A stretch of 64,000 nucleotides of DNA. It comes from Planctomycetota bacterium (GTDB lineage: Bacteria; Planctomycetota; JAJSAM01). The notes beneath the pieces are model-generated. The model ran no database searches. It had not been told where the DNA came from and saw nothing but the letters and a program-made list of their open reading frames with translations. Position 1 is the stretch's first letter. Every line of letters starts with the position of its first letter. This document shows, piece after piece, positions 27,947-37,608 of the stretch. The stretch is taken from positions 47,048 through 111,047 of the forward strand of contig JAJSAM010000026.1 in assembly GCA_024274785.1 (NCBI GenBank). Reading direction: 5' to 3'. Position numbers and translations under genes: made by a program.

Positions 27947-28456
27947 CTCTTACTCCTGGTCTGGTCATGATTGTCTTCTCCAATACCGCCACCGGGAACT
28001 CCGGTGGGCCCGCTCCGCCGCGGGGCGGGACAGACCACCGCCACGATCGGCTGATCAGGGGTGGTGAGACTGGCGTACAGGCAAGCTGCCGTCACGTCAA
28101 GACGATGCCGTCATTGTCCTCTTCGGAGCAGGCGAACGAAGTTTCTCCGCAGCGCCCGGCCACGCTTCGGAAGATGGCGCCGGCATTGCCTCCCGGCGAT
28201 GGGTCCGGGAGACCTCGCATCTTCGGGTGCGCGGGGTTTCTTCCTTCGTCGGAAGGGGATGACCTTGCTCCCCCCCCCGGGACGGCGCGAGGCCGGAGAG
28301 AAACCCGGAGAGAACATGCGCAAGGCTCTTCGCATTGAGCGATCTCGGCTTACAATGGTGCCGGGTAGGGCGACTCGTGCCAGGGATGGCCTGCCGGCCA
28401 TGCGGATCCGTCGGCATGACCAGATCCGTCCTGGCAAGAGAGTGCGGGGGTCGCTC

Positions 28457-29461
28457 ATGATCAATTGCAGCAAGTGCGGTACGGCCAACTCGTCCGGCAG
28501 TTCCTTCTGCGGGGACTGCGGCGAGCCGGTACCGTCAGCCGGGGAAGCCGGAGCGCGGGGCGGGGAAAAGAGCACCCGGCCCAGTGACCGTATCGTCGTC
28601 TCTCGAGATACGCAGGGAGAGGTCTCCGTCAAGGTGGTTCGCCCCGAAGGCCGGTACCTGCGCCATGAGTGTCCCTTCTGCGGCAATTCGGTCAAGGTGC
28701 GGGAGGACGAGTCCGCCTGTCCGAAGTGTGGCGGATCGCTCCTCGGCGGCGGTGAGGAGGCCGCCGAGGACGATCCTGCGATCACGAATCCCGTGCCCCG
28801 GGGCGCCTCGACTCCCCTGGCCATCCTCTACCACCTTCTGCCGTCGGGTGAGGAGACACCCATCCCTCTCGAGAATCGCCGGAGCATCATCGGTCGGCTC
28901 CAGGGCATTCCGGAGAGCCTGATCTTCCAGCAGGATCCGTACCTCTCTCCCGTGCACGCCGAGTTCGACTACACGGAGAAGGGTTTGAGAGTCGTGGACC
29001 GGGACAGCCTGAACGGCGTTTTCGGTCAGATCCGGGGGCCCACGGTCATCGAGGACGGGCAGACGGTCCTGATGGGGGAGCAGGTCCTGCGGTTCGACGT
29101 GCTGACGGTGGGAACCCGCGGTGGGCGGTCCGGGCCGGGCGGCACGGTGCCCCTCGGGAGTGGGTTGGAGCGCCCCGGTGCCCGCCTGGTGAAGATCCTC
29201 GCCGACGGCGGAGACGGGCCGGAGTTTCACCTGGGCGGTCAGCAACGGGTCTTTGGCCGCCAGTCCGGACATTTCTCGTTTCCGGATGATCTCCTGATGA
29301 GTCAGCGGCATGCGATGGTCGAAGAGGTGGGCGGACGCTACATCGTCACCGACCTCGAGAGCAGGAACGGGACGATGGTTCGCGTGCCGGAAGCCGACCT
29401 GGGACCCGGGGCGATCGTGAGAATGGGCAGTCAGCGGTTCCGTGTCGAGTATCGGCGCTAG
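28457..29461 (+). CDS. Protein with N-terminal double zinc ribbons followed by two FHA domains.
   Basis: Zinc-ribbon motifs CSKCG...CGDCG and CPFCG...CPKCG. Two FHA cores (IGR...SPVHAEF...NGVF and FGRQSGH...SQRHAMVE...NGTMV). Confidence 0.75.
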   Translation: MINCSKCGTANSSGSSFCGDCGEPVPSAGEAGARGGEKSTRPSDRIVVSRDTQGEVSVKVVRPEGRYLRHECPFCGNSVKVREDESACPKCGGSLLGGGEEAAEDDPAITNPVPRGASTPLAILYHLLPSGEETPIPLENRRSIIGRLQGIPESLIFQQDPYLSPVHAEFDYTEKGLRVVDRDSLNGVFGQIRGPTVIEDGQTVLMGEQVLRFDVLTVGTRGGRSGPGGTVPLGSGLERPGARLVKILADGGDGPEFHLGGQQRVFGRQSGHFSFPDDLLMSQRHAMVEEVGGRYIVTDLESRNGTMVRVPEADLGPGAIVRMGSQRFRVEYRR

Positions 29462-29666
29462 CCCGCTTTTCTCACCAGTGCTCGCGCCGCGTTTTCTGGA
29501 CGGCTGAGACCGGAGACGGATGTGTCGCGTCCTGGCGGGTTGCGCCCGGGGCGTGTGTATCTGAGGAGGCAGGCGCGGATGCAGCGCAAGGAAGACCGAC
29601 GACGCGACGCCTTCCCATCTCGGAGGAGGTCTGACGCAGCGGTGCGCCACGACCGTCCCTCAGATC

Positions 29667-30374
29667 GTGGGCAATGGCGAGAAATGCGGGCTAGAAAGCC
29701 GGGAGATACTCGTGGGTGACGTTGCCAGACTCCGATTTGTCACCGGGAACACCGATGTCCTCGAGATCCCGGAAGGCCGGCCGGTCGTCGTCGGACGAGG
29801 GGAGACGGCGGACTTCCGGATTGCGAGCGACCCCTCTGTCTCGCCGAAGCATGCCCGTTTCATCCGGGAGCAGGGCACGCTCTACGTGGTGGACCTCGGC
29901 GCCGTGAACGGTGTTCTCGTGCGCGTGACCGAGCCGGTTCTCCTGGAGAACAAGGACCGCCTGCGCTTCGGCGACCATATCTTCGCATTCGAGGTCATCC
30001 CCTGGATGGATGTCGCGAAGGCCAACATCACCAAGGTGCTGAACGATCCGACGACGCAGGCAATCGGCACCAAAGGCGAGATCGCGAAGGCGCGGCTGGT
30101 GATCCAGCTCGATACCGGCCACCGCGGCAAGGAGTACTTCATCGGCGACTCGACGATCGTCATCGGCAGCGGCGACGGCACCCACAACTTCATGTCCGAC
30201 GAGACGATCAGCAAGCAGCACGCGAAGGTCACCCCGCGGCAGCAGGGCGGCTTCGTTCTCACCGATCTCGGGAGCCGGCACGGCACCTGGCGCCAGACGA
30301 GAGGTCGCGTGAAACTCAGCGAGGGCCAGGAGATTCTGATCGGCCGGCAGCGCCTGGTGGTGGAAACGGTCTGA
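29667..30374 (+). CDS. Protein with two tandem FHA domains.
   Basis: FHA cores VVGRGETADFRIASDPSVSPKHARF...NGVLV and IGSGDGTHNFMSDETISKQHAKV...HGTW. The start is uncertain. Confidence 0.7.
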   Translation: MGNGEKCGLESREILVGDVARLRFVTGNTDVLEIPEGRPVVVGRGETADFRIASDPSVSPKHARFIREQGTLYVVDLGAVNGVLVRVTEPVLLENKDRLRFGDHIFAFEVIPWMDVAKANITKVLNDPTTQAIGTKGEIAKARLVIQLDTGHRGKEYFIGDSTIVIGSGDGTHNFMSDETISKQHAKVTPRQQGGFVLTDLGSRHGTWRQTRGRVKLSEGQEILIGRQRLVVETV

Positions 30375-30404
30375 TCTCGCCGGGATCGCGGTAGGCTTCC
30401 GGGA

Positions 30405-30872
30405 ATGACCAGTCCTTATCGCCAGGAGCAGATCGAGAGCTGGGTCGACGACTTCTGCGCCTCGAGCCGTTTCCGGGATCACCCGTCTCCCGCCCGGGAG
30501 TATGCGCCGGAGGTCCTGGTCCGGTTCCTGCAAGACGCCTGCAATGCGCGCGATGTCGAGCCGGCCGCACTCGAGGAGCCGGATCTTCGGTCCGGGCTCC
30601 TCGAGGGCGTCGCGAAGATGGCGATACCCGCGCTGGTCCGCGGAGCGATCCCCGCGCTCTGCGGGGCTTTCCTCGCGGAGATGGAGGCACAGGGCCGCAT
30701 CTCCGGCGGTCGCACCATGGGCCTGTTCGTCGCAGCCCTCTCAGACGCCTTCGCGGAAGCCTCGACCCACAAGCCGAAGCCGTTCGTCTCTCCCACCTCG
30801 AAAATCGGGCGAAACGACCCGTGCCCGTGCGGAAGCGGCCGCAAGTACAAGAAGTGCTGTCAGGGCCGCTGA
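30405..30872 (+). CDS. Hypothetical protein with a C-terminal SEC-C zinc-binding motif.
   Basis: The C-terminus [19 protein letters not shown] is a SecA-type SEC-C motif. Confidence 0.6.
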   Translation: MTSPYRQEQIESWVDDFCASSRFRDHPSPAREYAPEVLVRFLQDACNARDVEPAALEEPDLRSGLLEGVAKMAIPALVRGAIPALCGAFLAEMEAQGRISGGRTMGLFVAALSDAFAEASTHKPKPFVSPTSKIGRNDPCPCGSGRKYKKCCQGR

Positions 30873-30902
30873 TCGAGCGCGAATGTCGCCCCTGGGGCAG
30901 AA

Positions 30903-31739
30903 TCAGAGTGCGTTCAACTCCCGGATCTCCCTTGCCCAGATGCTGTCGTCGATCGTTTCCAGCACCATGGGGATGCCGCCGAATCGCGGGTCCTTCATGA
31001 TGAACTCGAAGCACTTCCAGCCGATGTGACCTTCTCCGAGACTGTGGTGGCGGTCCACCCGGCTGCCGAGTTCCCGCTTGGAGTCATTCAGGTGCATGCC
31101 CCGCAGGTACTGAAAGCCGACGATCCGGTCGAACTCGGAAAACGTCTTCCGGCACGCCGCCTTCGTCCTGAGGTCATAACCGGCCGCGAAGGTGTGGCAG
31201 GTGTCCAGGCAGACGCCGACGCGATCCTGGTCATCGACCCGAGAGATGATCCGGGCGAGATGTTCGAAACGATGGCCCAGGTTGCTGCCTTGCCCCGCGG
31301 TGTTCTCGATGACCGCGATGACACCCGGGACCTGCTCGTGCGCCAGGTTGATCGACTCCGCCACCAATGCGAGAGACTGCTCTTCGGAGATCTTCTTCAG
31401 GTGACTGCCGGGGTGGAAGTTCAGCAGCGAAAGGCCCAATTGTGAACAACGACGCATCTCGTCGACGAAGGCGGTCCGCGACTTCTCGAGTCCTTCCGCC
31501 TCCGGATGGCCGAGGTTGATCAGGTAGGAATCGTGGGGCAGCACCTGCGCCGGGCTGAAACCGCAGGCCTCGCAGTTACTTTTGAACGCGGCGATGCTCT
31601 CGTCGGTCAGCGGCTTCGCTGTCCACTGTCGCTGGTTCCTCGTGAACAGCGCGAACGCGGTCGCCCCGATCTCCCGGGCTTTCAGCGGAGCATTCTCCAC
31701 CCCGCCGGCGGCACTGACATGGGCACCTATGTATTTCAT
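30903..31739 (-). CDS. nfo: Endonuclease IV (AP endonuclease, deoxyribonuclease IV).
   Basis: Starts [13 protein letters not shown]. Carries conserved Nfo blocks ([30 protein letters not shown]). Confidence 0.85.
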   Translation of the reverse strand: MKYIGAHVSAAGGVENAPLKAREIGATAFALFTRNQRQWTAKPLTDESIAAFKSNCEACGFSPAQVLPHDSYLINLGHPEAEGLEKSRTAFVDEMRRCSQLGLSLLNFHPGSHLKKISEEQSLALVAESINLAHEQVPGVIAVIENTAGQGSNLGHRFEHLARIISRVDDQDRVGVCLDTCHTFAAGYDLRTKAACRKTFSEFDRIVGFQYLRGMHLNDSKRELGSRVDRHHSLGEGHIGWKCFEFIMKDPRFGGIPMVLETIDDSIWAREIRELNAL

Positions 31740-31849
31740 CGGGACATGCTCCAGTACACGACCCCGGATCCCCAGGACTGAATGCATGGTCCCCGGTTCG
31801 CGTATGCGAGACAGGTCGCGGATCGGTATCCTGCGGGGGGAGGTCGGCC

Positions 31850-32563
31850 TTGAGCACGGAAGACGGGAGATTCATCACGACACGGTGGAGTCGCGTCCTG
31901 GCCGCGGGCCGGGGGGCTTCCGCCCTGGCGCTCGAGGAACTCTGTGCGGGGTACTGGCGTCCACTCTATGTCTACGCGCGGCGGCGAGGCGCTGGCCGGG
32001 AGGAAGCCGAGGATCTCGTCCAGGGCTTCTTCGTCGAGGTTCTGGAGAGGGGTTCGATTGGTGTGGCGGACCCCGAGCGGGGACGGTTTCGCTCCTTCCT
32101 TCTCACTGCCTTCCGCCATCACGTCGGGCGGATGCGGGAGAAGAGCGGGGCGGTCAAGCGGGGCGGCCGCGTCAGCACCATCGCGATCGACGCGGAACTG
32201 TGCGAGAGCGATCTCCGCCGAAACGGCACGACGAAGGCGACGCCCGAGCACGCGTATCACCAGGAGTGGGCGCTCACGATCCTGTCCCTGGTGATGGCCC
32301 GACTCCGCGGTTCGTACGAGGGGCGAGGCAAGGGAGCACAGTTCGACTCGTTGAAGGGCTTTCTCGACGGGAGCGCGCCGGCGGATTCCCGGGCCGCGGT
32401 CGCGCGTGATCTCGGCATGTCGGAGGGGGCGCTTCGCGTGGCATTGCATCGGCTGCGCGAGCGTTACCGGACCGCGCTCGTGCAGGAGGTGTCGGGCACG
32501 CTGCCCGAGGGAGGGAACGCGGACGATGAGATCCGGGCACTGTTTGCCGCCCTTGAAGTTTAG
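31850..32563 (+). CDS. ECF-type sigma factor of the kind usually paired with a Ser/Thr kinase.
   Basis: A TTG start is preceded by GGGGGAGG. The sequence matches region 2 ([12 protein letters not shown]) and region 4 of ECF sigma factors. Confidence 0.7.
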   Translation: MSTEDGRFITTRWSRVLAAGRGASALALEELCAGYWRPLYVYARRRGAGREEAEDLVQGFFVEVLERGSIGVADPERGRFRSFLLTAFRHHVGRMREKSGAVKRGGRVSTIAIDAELCESDLRRNGTTKATPEHAYHQEWALTILSLVMARLRGSYEGRGKGAQFDSLKGFLDGSAPADSRAAVARDLGMSEGALRVALHRLRERYRTALVQEVSGTLPEGGNADDEIRALFAALEV

Positions 32564-32604
32564 GCTGTAACGGTTGTGACGATTCTCCGGTATCCGAGAG
32601 TGCC

Positions 32605-32937
32605 ATGCACGATGAACGAACCTGCCCGAGCTGTTCCGCTCCGGTTCCGTCCGCGAGCCCGGAGGATCTCTGTCCCCGTTGCCTCCTCGCGGCCGGCCTT
32701 CGGCCGAGTTCGACTCCAGGTTTGTCGACCCGGGCGCCGGATCCCGCGGTACTCGATGCCGAGATACCGGATTACGAAGTGCTCGAACTCATCGGTCAGG
32801 GCGGGCTGGGGGCGGTCTATCGCGCGCGCCATCTCGCGAATGGCCAGCTTGTCGCGCTGAAGACGCTGCCACCCTCTCTCGATCCCGAATTCGCGGAACG
32901 CTTTCAGCGGGAGATCGAAGCACTCACCCGTCGGTAA
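32605..32937 (+). pseudogene. Truncated Ser/Thr protein kinase. Only the zinc-ribbon N-terminus and kinase subdomains I-III remain.
   Basis: Carries CPSC...CPRC, then IGQGGLGAVYRA (Gly loop), VALK and REIEAL. A stop follows. No HRD, DFG or APE motifs occur downstream in any frame. Confidence 0.5.
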
Positions 32938-32947
32938 AACCCGGCGC

Positions 32948-33391
32948 GTGCTCGAAACCTACGATGGCGGCGAGGTGTTCAGGACGCTGCGTATCGAGGT
33001 GACCGCCTGGGATACCTGGCTGAACTTCGGGCTCCGGATCCCCTGCTGGGTGATTGTCCTTTTCGGTGTCCTGATTGGCTGCTCGGCGGCGGTTGCGATC
33101 TCGGGTCGGTGGACCCCCGAATGGTGGGCTTTCCAGACCGGGTCGCTTTTCGGTCTGGCCTTTAGTCTTCTCTACCTGATCCTCGTCTGGGGGGAGCAGG
33201 AGGAGAGCATGATGCGCTTGACGAGTCACCCGGGGGTCGGCGTCTACTGCGCGGTGCTCGCATTCGGAACCATGTCGGTGGCGTCCTGGTTGCTGCGCCC
33301 GTTGTCCGGTTCCCGCGGCACAGCAAGGAAACCCTCCCGAAAGTCGGCGCGGAGGCGGGTCAAAAGGGCGGCGCGGAAGGGGAAGAGCTGA
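32948..33391 (+). CDS. Hypothetical small membrane protein with a basic C-terminal tail.
   Basis: Three hydrophobic helices and moderate codon bias. It may occupy the position of the lost kinase C-terminal region. Confidence 0.4.
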   Translation: MLETYDGGEVFRTLRIEVTAWDTWLNFGLRIPCWVIVLFGVLIGCSAAVAISGRWTPEWWAFQTGSLFGLAFSLLYLILVWGEQEESMMRLTSHPGVGVYCAVLAFGTMSVASWLLRPLSGSRGTARKPSRKSARRRVKRAARKGKS

Positions 33392-33407
33392 CGGGCAGAG
33401 GCGGCGG

Positions 33408-33923
33408 TCAGCGCGTGGCCGCGGCCATCTCTTCGATCATGCTGTTGACCGGCAGGCCGTCGATCCGGTAGCCGCCGTCTTCCGTCAGCAGGTCGTAGGA
33501 ACGCTCCACACCACGATGCCGGGTCGATCGAACGACGATCCGTCCGGCAATCGCATCGCCGGGGTGGAGGTCGGCGGCGCGGATGCCGTCGATCCGGTGC
33601 AGGTTGCTCAGCGTCACCCGCTCGCCGGTGGCGAACTCGACCATCAGGTATTCCGAGGTAGCCGGGTCCTCGACGTACTCGTGCTTCTGAAGGATCCGCA
33701 CCGGTTCGCCGGAGAGTCCGATCACCAGATCTCCGGCGCGAAGGGTCTCCAGGGGGAGGGACCCCGAAGGAGTATCCACCAGGGCGCCCTCGGGGATACA
33801 GCCGAACTTGAGTTTCACCGAGGCTGCCTGGATCCCGAGGTTGAGCAGACCGCAGCCGGAGAGCAGAACGGTGGCGGCCACCAGGCCAAGCAGCGCCAGA
33901 TGCCGTGAAGTTCTGTTCTCCAT
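33408..33923 (-). CDS. Hint-domain (Hedgehog/intein-like) lipoprotein.
   Basis: The start MENRTSRHLALLGLVAATVLLSGC is a lipobox, with an AGGAGG Shine-Dalgarno. The Hint N-terminal block is CIPEGALVDTPSGSLPLETLRAGDLVIG. The C-terminal block is YDLLTEDGGYRIDGLPVNS. Confidence 0.65.
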   Translation of the reverse strand: MENRTSRHLALLGLVAATVLLSGCGLLNLGIQAASVKLKFGCIPEGALVDTPSGSLPLETLRAGDLVIGLSGEPVRILQKHEYVEDPATSEYLMVEFATGERVTLSNLHRIDGIRAADLHPGDAIAGRIVVRSTRHRGVERSYDLLTEDGGYRIDGLPVNSMIEEMAAATR

Positions 33924-34028
33924 GGTGCCCTCCTGGCGCGGAAAAGCGCCGAGTCGAACCGACAATCTTACCTGCTTGTACCTGTTCTCATCGGCAATCC
34001 CGGGGTGAAAGAGCGGTATCCGCCGCCG

Positions 34029-35245
34029 AAAAGGATACGGAGGCAGACACCTTTCACCAACCTACGTTGAATCGTACTCAAGCAATCTGAGCGGAATTCC
34101 GTGCCCGTTGCTCCCTTTGTGCGACTTCCTTCCTGGAGGTCACCATGTCCAGACGAAGCCGCGAGGACGGACCGGATACTTTGCACCATGTCTACAACCG
34201 GGGCATTGCCCGGCGAACGGTATTCGAGAACAGGGACGACGTGCGCTACTTCCTTTCGCGACTGGCGCGGGTCCACCGCAAGGGCCTGCTGGAAATCCAC
34301 GGGTTCAGCTTCCTCACCACTCACTACCACCTGATCGTCCGAAGCCCCGTCGGCAAGCTCCCTCGGGCGATGCAGGAAACCAGCAACGCGTTCGTTCGTT
34401 GGTTCAATCGCAAGCGAAGGAGGGACGGAGCGCTCTTTCGCGGCAGGTTCGGCTCGCGACGCGTCCAGTCTCAGGCCTACCTCACCCGCCTCGTACCCTA
34501 TGTGGACCAGAACAGCACCGGTGCCAGGCTGGCAAGCCATGCCGGACTCTACCCGTACGGAAGTGCGCGGCTGTTCCAGCAGGGGCAGAGTCCGAAGTGG
34601 CATACGCGGGAGCTGATCGAGAGGCTCGCCTGCCAGATGTCCGGTTTCCGGGAATTCAGCCCATCGGTGTACCGCACCTGCTTTGGAGCCGAGCTGACTC
34701 CGGCCGAAGCCGAGTGGCTCAAGCTACGCATCCGTTGCCCGCGCGATGGCCCGGATCCGCTGGATGACCTGGTCGGGGCTGCGCCCGAGCGCGTACGGGA
34801 GTGGATGGTTCGCAAGGCGAGCCTGGCGGACGGCACCAGACCTGGTCTCCCTCTGCTGGCACCTTCAATCGCGATGGAAGTCCTGCGGGAAGGGCAACTG
34901 CGGGAACCGGATCTGCAGTTTCGGCTTCGGAGGTATTGGCGTCCCGCCTGGCTCCTATTGGCGGCCGGCTTCCTTCGAGACGAGTGCGGCTTGACCATCG
35001 CAGCTGCGGCCAGGTTCTTGAACCGACCGGCTTCCAGTGTCTCGGTCTTGGCAAATGCACACCGGGAACTGCTCATCGCCGACCCGACCTATGCTGCGCT
35101 CGCAGCGGAGTTCCTGGCGGAGGCGCTCTGGCGCCTGCACGGCTCGGCGACGGCCGGGATTCGCGCGGACGGATCCGAACGCAGGTGAGATTGCTCCGGG
35201 GCGGATGAACGTAGGTTGGTGAAAGGTGTCTGCCTCCGTATTTCC
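34029..35245 (+). mobile_element. REP-associated tyrosine transposase (RAYT / IS200-like) unit bounded by 36-bp perfect inverted repeats.
   Basis: The left repeat at 34032..34070 is ATACGGAGGCAGACACCTTTCACCAACCTACGTT. The right repeat at 35207..35243 is its reverse complement. The left flank also folds as CGGTATCC-N11-GGATACGG. Confidence 0.7.
34145..35188 (+). CDS. HUH-superfamily tyrosine transposase of the RAYT / IS200 TnpA-like type.
   Basis: The N-terminus carries HVYNRG. The HUH motif is TTHYHLIV. The C-terminal region after the catalytic domain is extended, giving 347 aa. Confidence 0.75.
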   Translation: MSRRSREDGPDTLHHVYNRGIARRTVFENRDDVRYFLSRLARVHRKGLLEIHGFSFLTTHYHLIVRSPVGKLPRAMQETSNAFVRWFNRKRRRDGALFRGRFGSRRVQSQAYLTRLVPYVDQNSTGARLASHAGLYPYGSARLFQQGQSPKWHTRELIERLACQMSGFREFSPSVYRTCFGAELTPAEAEWLKLRIRCPRDGPDPLDDLVGAAPERVREWMVRKASLADGTRPGLPLLAPSIAMEVLREGQLREPDLQFRLRRYWRPAWLLLAAGFLRDECGLTIAAAARFLNRPASSVSVLANAHRELLIADPTYAALAAEFLAEALWRLHGSATAGIRADGSERR

Positions 35246-35282
35246 CGAGTACACTCCGAACTCACCGTCACAGCGCGACCCA

Positions 35283-35390
35283 GCCGCAATGGAGGGGCGA
35301 CCTCCGGGCGACCGTGCTGGCGGTCCGGGAGCGTCACGCAGAATCTGCGAGCGCCGCGAAGATTCTGAACGTCAGTACTGCAGGGAGACG
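35283..35390 (+). repeat. Intergenic repeat family 2, copy 1, immediately upstream of the OmpW-like gene.
   Basis: About 90% identical to 59399..59502 (GCCGCAATGGAGGGNCGACCTCCGGGCGAC.GTGCTGG.GGTCCGGGAGCG.CACGC.GAATCTGCG.GCGCCGCGAAG.TT..GAACGTCAGTACT). Confidence 0.75.
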
Positions 35391-35393
35391 ATC

Positions 35394-35930
35394 ATGAAGC
35401 GATTGGCCATCCTCGCCGTGGTGTTCGGTCTTGCCGCCTGCTCCGTCACGCCGAGCGAGTTTTCACGTTCCGGTCTCTATGCCGGGGCTTCCGTGATCGG
35501 TGCCGCTTCGGACTTCGACAACATTTCTGTCGTGGACGATCTCGACAAGGTCGACTACACCGCGGGCATCGGCCTCCGCGGCGGATACCGGTTCCTGGAT
35601 CGTTTTGCCATCGAAGCCGCTTACGAGGGGGGGATGGACTGGCGGAAGCACGACGTCAGGATGCAGACCATCGCCCTCCAGGGGAAGGTCTACCCGCTCA
35701 CCGGCGCGGTCCAGCCGTATGGTCTGATCGGCGGTGGCTACGCTTCGGGGAAGGTCTCGGGTACCAACCTGGATGACCGTGCCGCATTCTGGCGCCTCGG
35801 TGCCGGCCTCGAGGTCTACATCCTTCCGTTCCTGCCGCTGTTCTTCGAACTGGACTATACGTTGCCGACCGGCGACCTCTCCGATCTGCCGTACGCCACC
35901 GGCCATCTCGGAGCGCTGTTCCGCTTCTGA
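35394..35930 (+). CDS. Small outer-membrane beta-barrel protein (OmpW/OmpA-like), probable lipoprotein.
   Basis: The start MKRLAILAVVFGLAACS has a GGGAG Shine-Dalgarno. The sequence shows alternating hydrophobic beta-strand patterning and a C-terminal aromatic residue (LFRF). Confidence 0.65.
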   Translation: MKRLAILAVVFGLAACSVTPSEFSRSGLYAGASVIGAASDFDNISVVDDLDKVDYTAGIGLRGGYRFLDRFAIEAAYEGGMDWRKHDVRMQTIALQGKVYPLTGAVQPYGLIGGGYASGKVSGTNLDDRAAFWRLGAGLEVYILPFLPLFFELDYTLPTGDLSDLPYATGHLGALFRF

Positions 35931-36033
35931 GAGCGGCATCCCGCGCCAGGTTCATGATGCCGGATCCTGCGAATTGAATCCGGCACGATGACGGGGTCCG
36001 CGTCCGCAGGCAGCGAACCCCGACTGACCCCTT

Positions 36034-37608
36034 TCAGTCCAGCGTGTACGTCGTCGGGCGCAGGATCTTGCCCTCGGCGAGTTGCTCGCGCTCCCATTTC
36101 ACGAAGTCCGACCGGACGCCCATCACGTGGGAAAAGCGCTGGGAGTAGTGGACGATGTCCTTCTCCATCAGATCGTCGGAGAGTTCGCGGTCCTTTTTCT
36201 TCAGCTCCGGGAGCCTGGCGCGGAACTCCTCGCGGTCCATCGCCTCGAGCTTCTCGACCAGGTCGGCGTAGATCTCCCGGCTCTTCCAGTCGGAGCGGGC
36301 GTTCACGTACCAGTGGCAGAAGACCGCCAGCTTCTCCAGGTAGAGATTGTGGGCATCGTCGAACCGCAGGCAGCTCGCGTCGAAATAGTTGCCCATCGAC
36401 TCGGCCTTCTCGAAATCGATGAGCCCCATGTCCTTGCTGATCGTGTAGCCGGCAGTGCCCGGAAAGGGGTAGAAGAGCGCCCAGCGGAAGCGGCCCATCT
36501 TGATCGTGGCGCAGATGTCGAGCGTTTCCTCGACCTCCTCGCGGGTTTCGGTGGGCAGGCCGATCATGACGAAGGCCGAGGTGTGCAGGTCGTAGCGCTG
36601 CGCGGACTCGAAGCTATCAACGATCTTGTCGTTTTTCATGAACCGCCAGAGCACTTCCTTGCGGACCCGGTCGCTCCCCGACTCGAGGCCGAACTTGGCG
36701 ATCAGGCAGCCTGAATCCTTCAGGGCGAAGGCGATCTCGTCGTCGAAGACCTGCACGTGAGCGTTCACCACGTAGGGGAGGGTCAGGCCCGCGGCCTTCC
36801 AGGCGGCGCAGAACTCGAGGACGAACGCCTTGTCGAGGGTGAAGAGGTCGTCGTCGAAGATCACAGTCTTCAGCAGATCCGGGTAGCGCTCCCTTATCGA
36901 GACGATCTCCTTGAGGATCCGGTCGATGTCGTAGCGGCGCAGGTACTCCTTCCGGCTCTTGCTCCCGCCCTCGTCCTGGTAGAGGTCCACGATCTCCTTG
37001 TTGAAGCAGTACGTGCACTTGAAGGGGCATCCGCGGCTCGTCAGCACCGAGATCCATCCGTTCTTCACGGTGAGGATCTTCTCGATGTCGAAGAGGTCGT
37101 AGTCCTTTTCGGGCATGGCCTTGAGATCGGGGTAGGCGCCGACCGCATTGTGGAAGGTCAGTTCCTCGCTGGTCTTCCTGGTACCGGGAACCGTGGTCAG
37201 GTCGCCGCCGTTTTCCAGCCGCGTCACATACTCGAGAAACGAGTAGTCCGCCTCGCCGACGAACATGAGATCCCACCACGGATCCGCCGCCACCTCGTCC
37301 GGGACCATCGTGCAGTGGACGCCGCCCACCACGATCGGGACCTCGACTCCATGCTCCCGCAGGCCCCGGGCGATCTCGGACGACCAGCCGTACTGCTGCG
37401 TCATCGCCGAGAATCCGATCACGCCGGGCTCATACTCCTCGACCATGGCCCGCACGTCCTCGAGCGTGGGAATCGGCGCCAGCCCCTCGTTCACGTGGAT
37501 CAGGGAAGTCTCGTGGCCCTCGGCCTTCAGAATCCCGCTCATGGCCGCGAGCCCGTGATTGAAGCCCACCGGACAGTCGATGGATGGATAGATGAAGAGA
37601 ACCTTCAC
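36034..37608 (-). CDS. B12-binding radical SAM enzyme (class B cobalamin-dependent rSAM).
   Basis: A GTG start is preceded by GGAGG. The N-terminus is a B12-binding Rossmann domain (VKVLFIYPS...VVGGVH). The radical SAM cluster motif is RGCPFKCTYC. Confidence 0.8.
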   Translation of the reverse strand: MKVLFIYPSIDCPVGFNHGLAAMSGILKAEGHETSLIHVNEGLAPIPTLEDVRAMVEEYEPGVIGFSAMTQQYGWSSEIARGLREHGVEVPIVVGGVHCTMVPDEVAADPWWDLMFVGEADYSFLEYVTRLENGGDLTTVPGTRKTSEELTFHNAVGAYPDLKAMPEKDYDLFDIEKILTVKNGWISVLTSRGCPFKCTYCFNKEIVDLYQDEGGSKSRKEYLRRYDIDRILKEIVSIRERYPDLLKTVIFDDDLFTLDKAFVLEFCAAWKAAGLTLPYVVNAHVQVFDDEIAFALKDSGCLIAKFGLESGSDRVRKEVLWRFMKNDKIVDSFESAQRYDLHTSAFVMIGLPTETREEVEETLDICATIKMGRFRWALFYPFPGTAGYTISKDMGLIDFEKAESMGNYFDASCLRFDDAHNLYLEKLAVFCHWYVNARSDWKSREIYADLVEKLEAMDREEFRARLPELKKKDRELSDDLMEKDIVHYSQRFSHVMGVRSDFVKWEREQLAEGKILRPTTYTLD

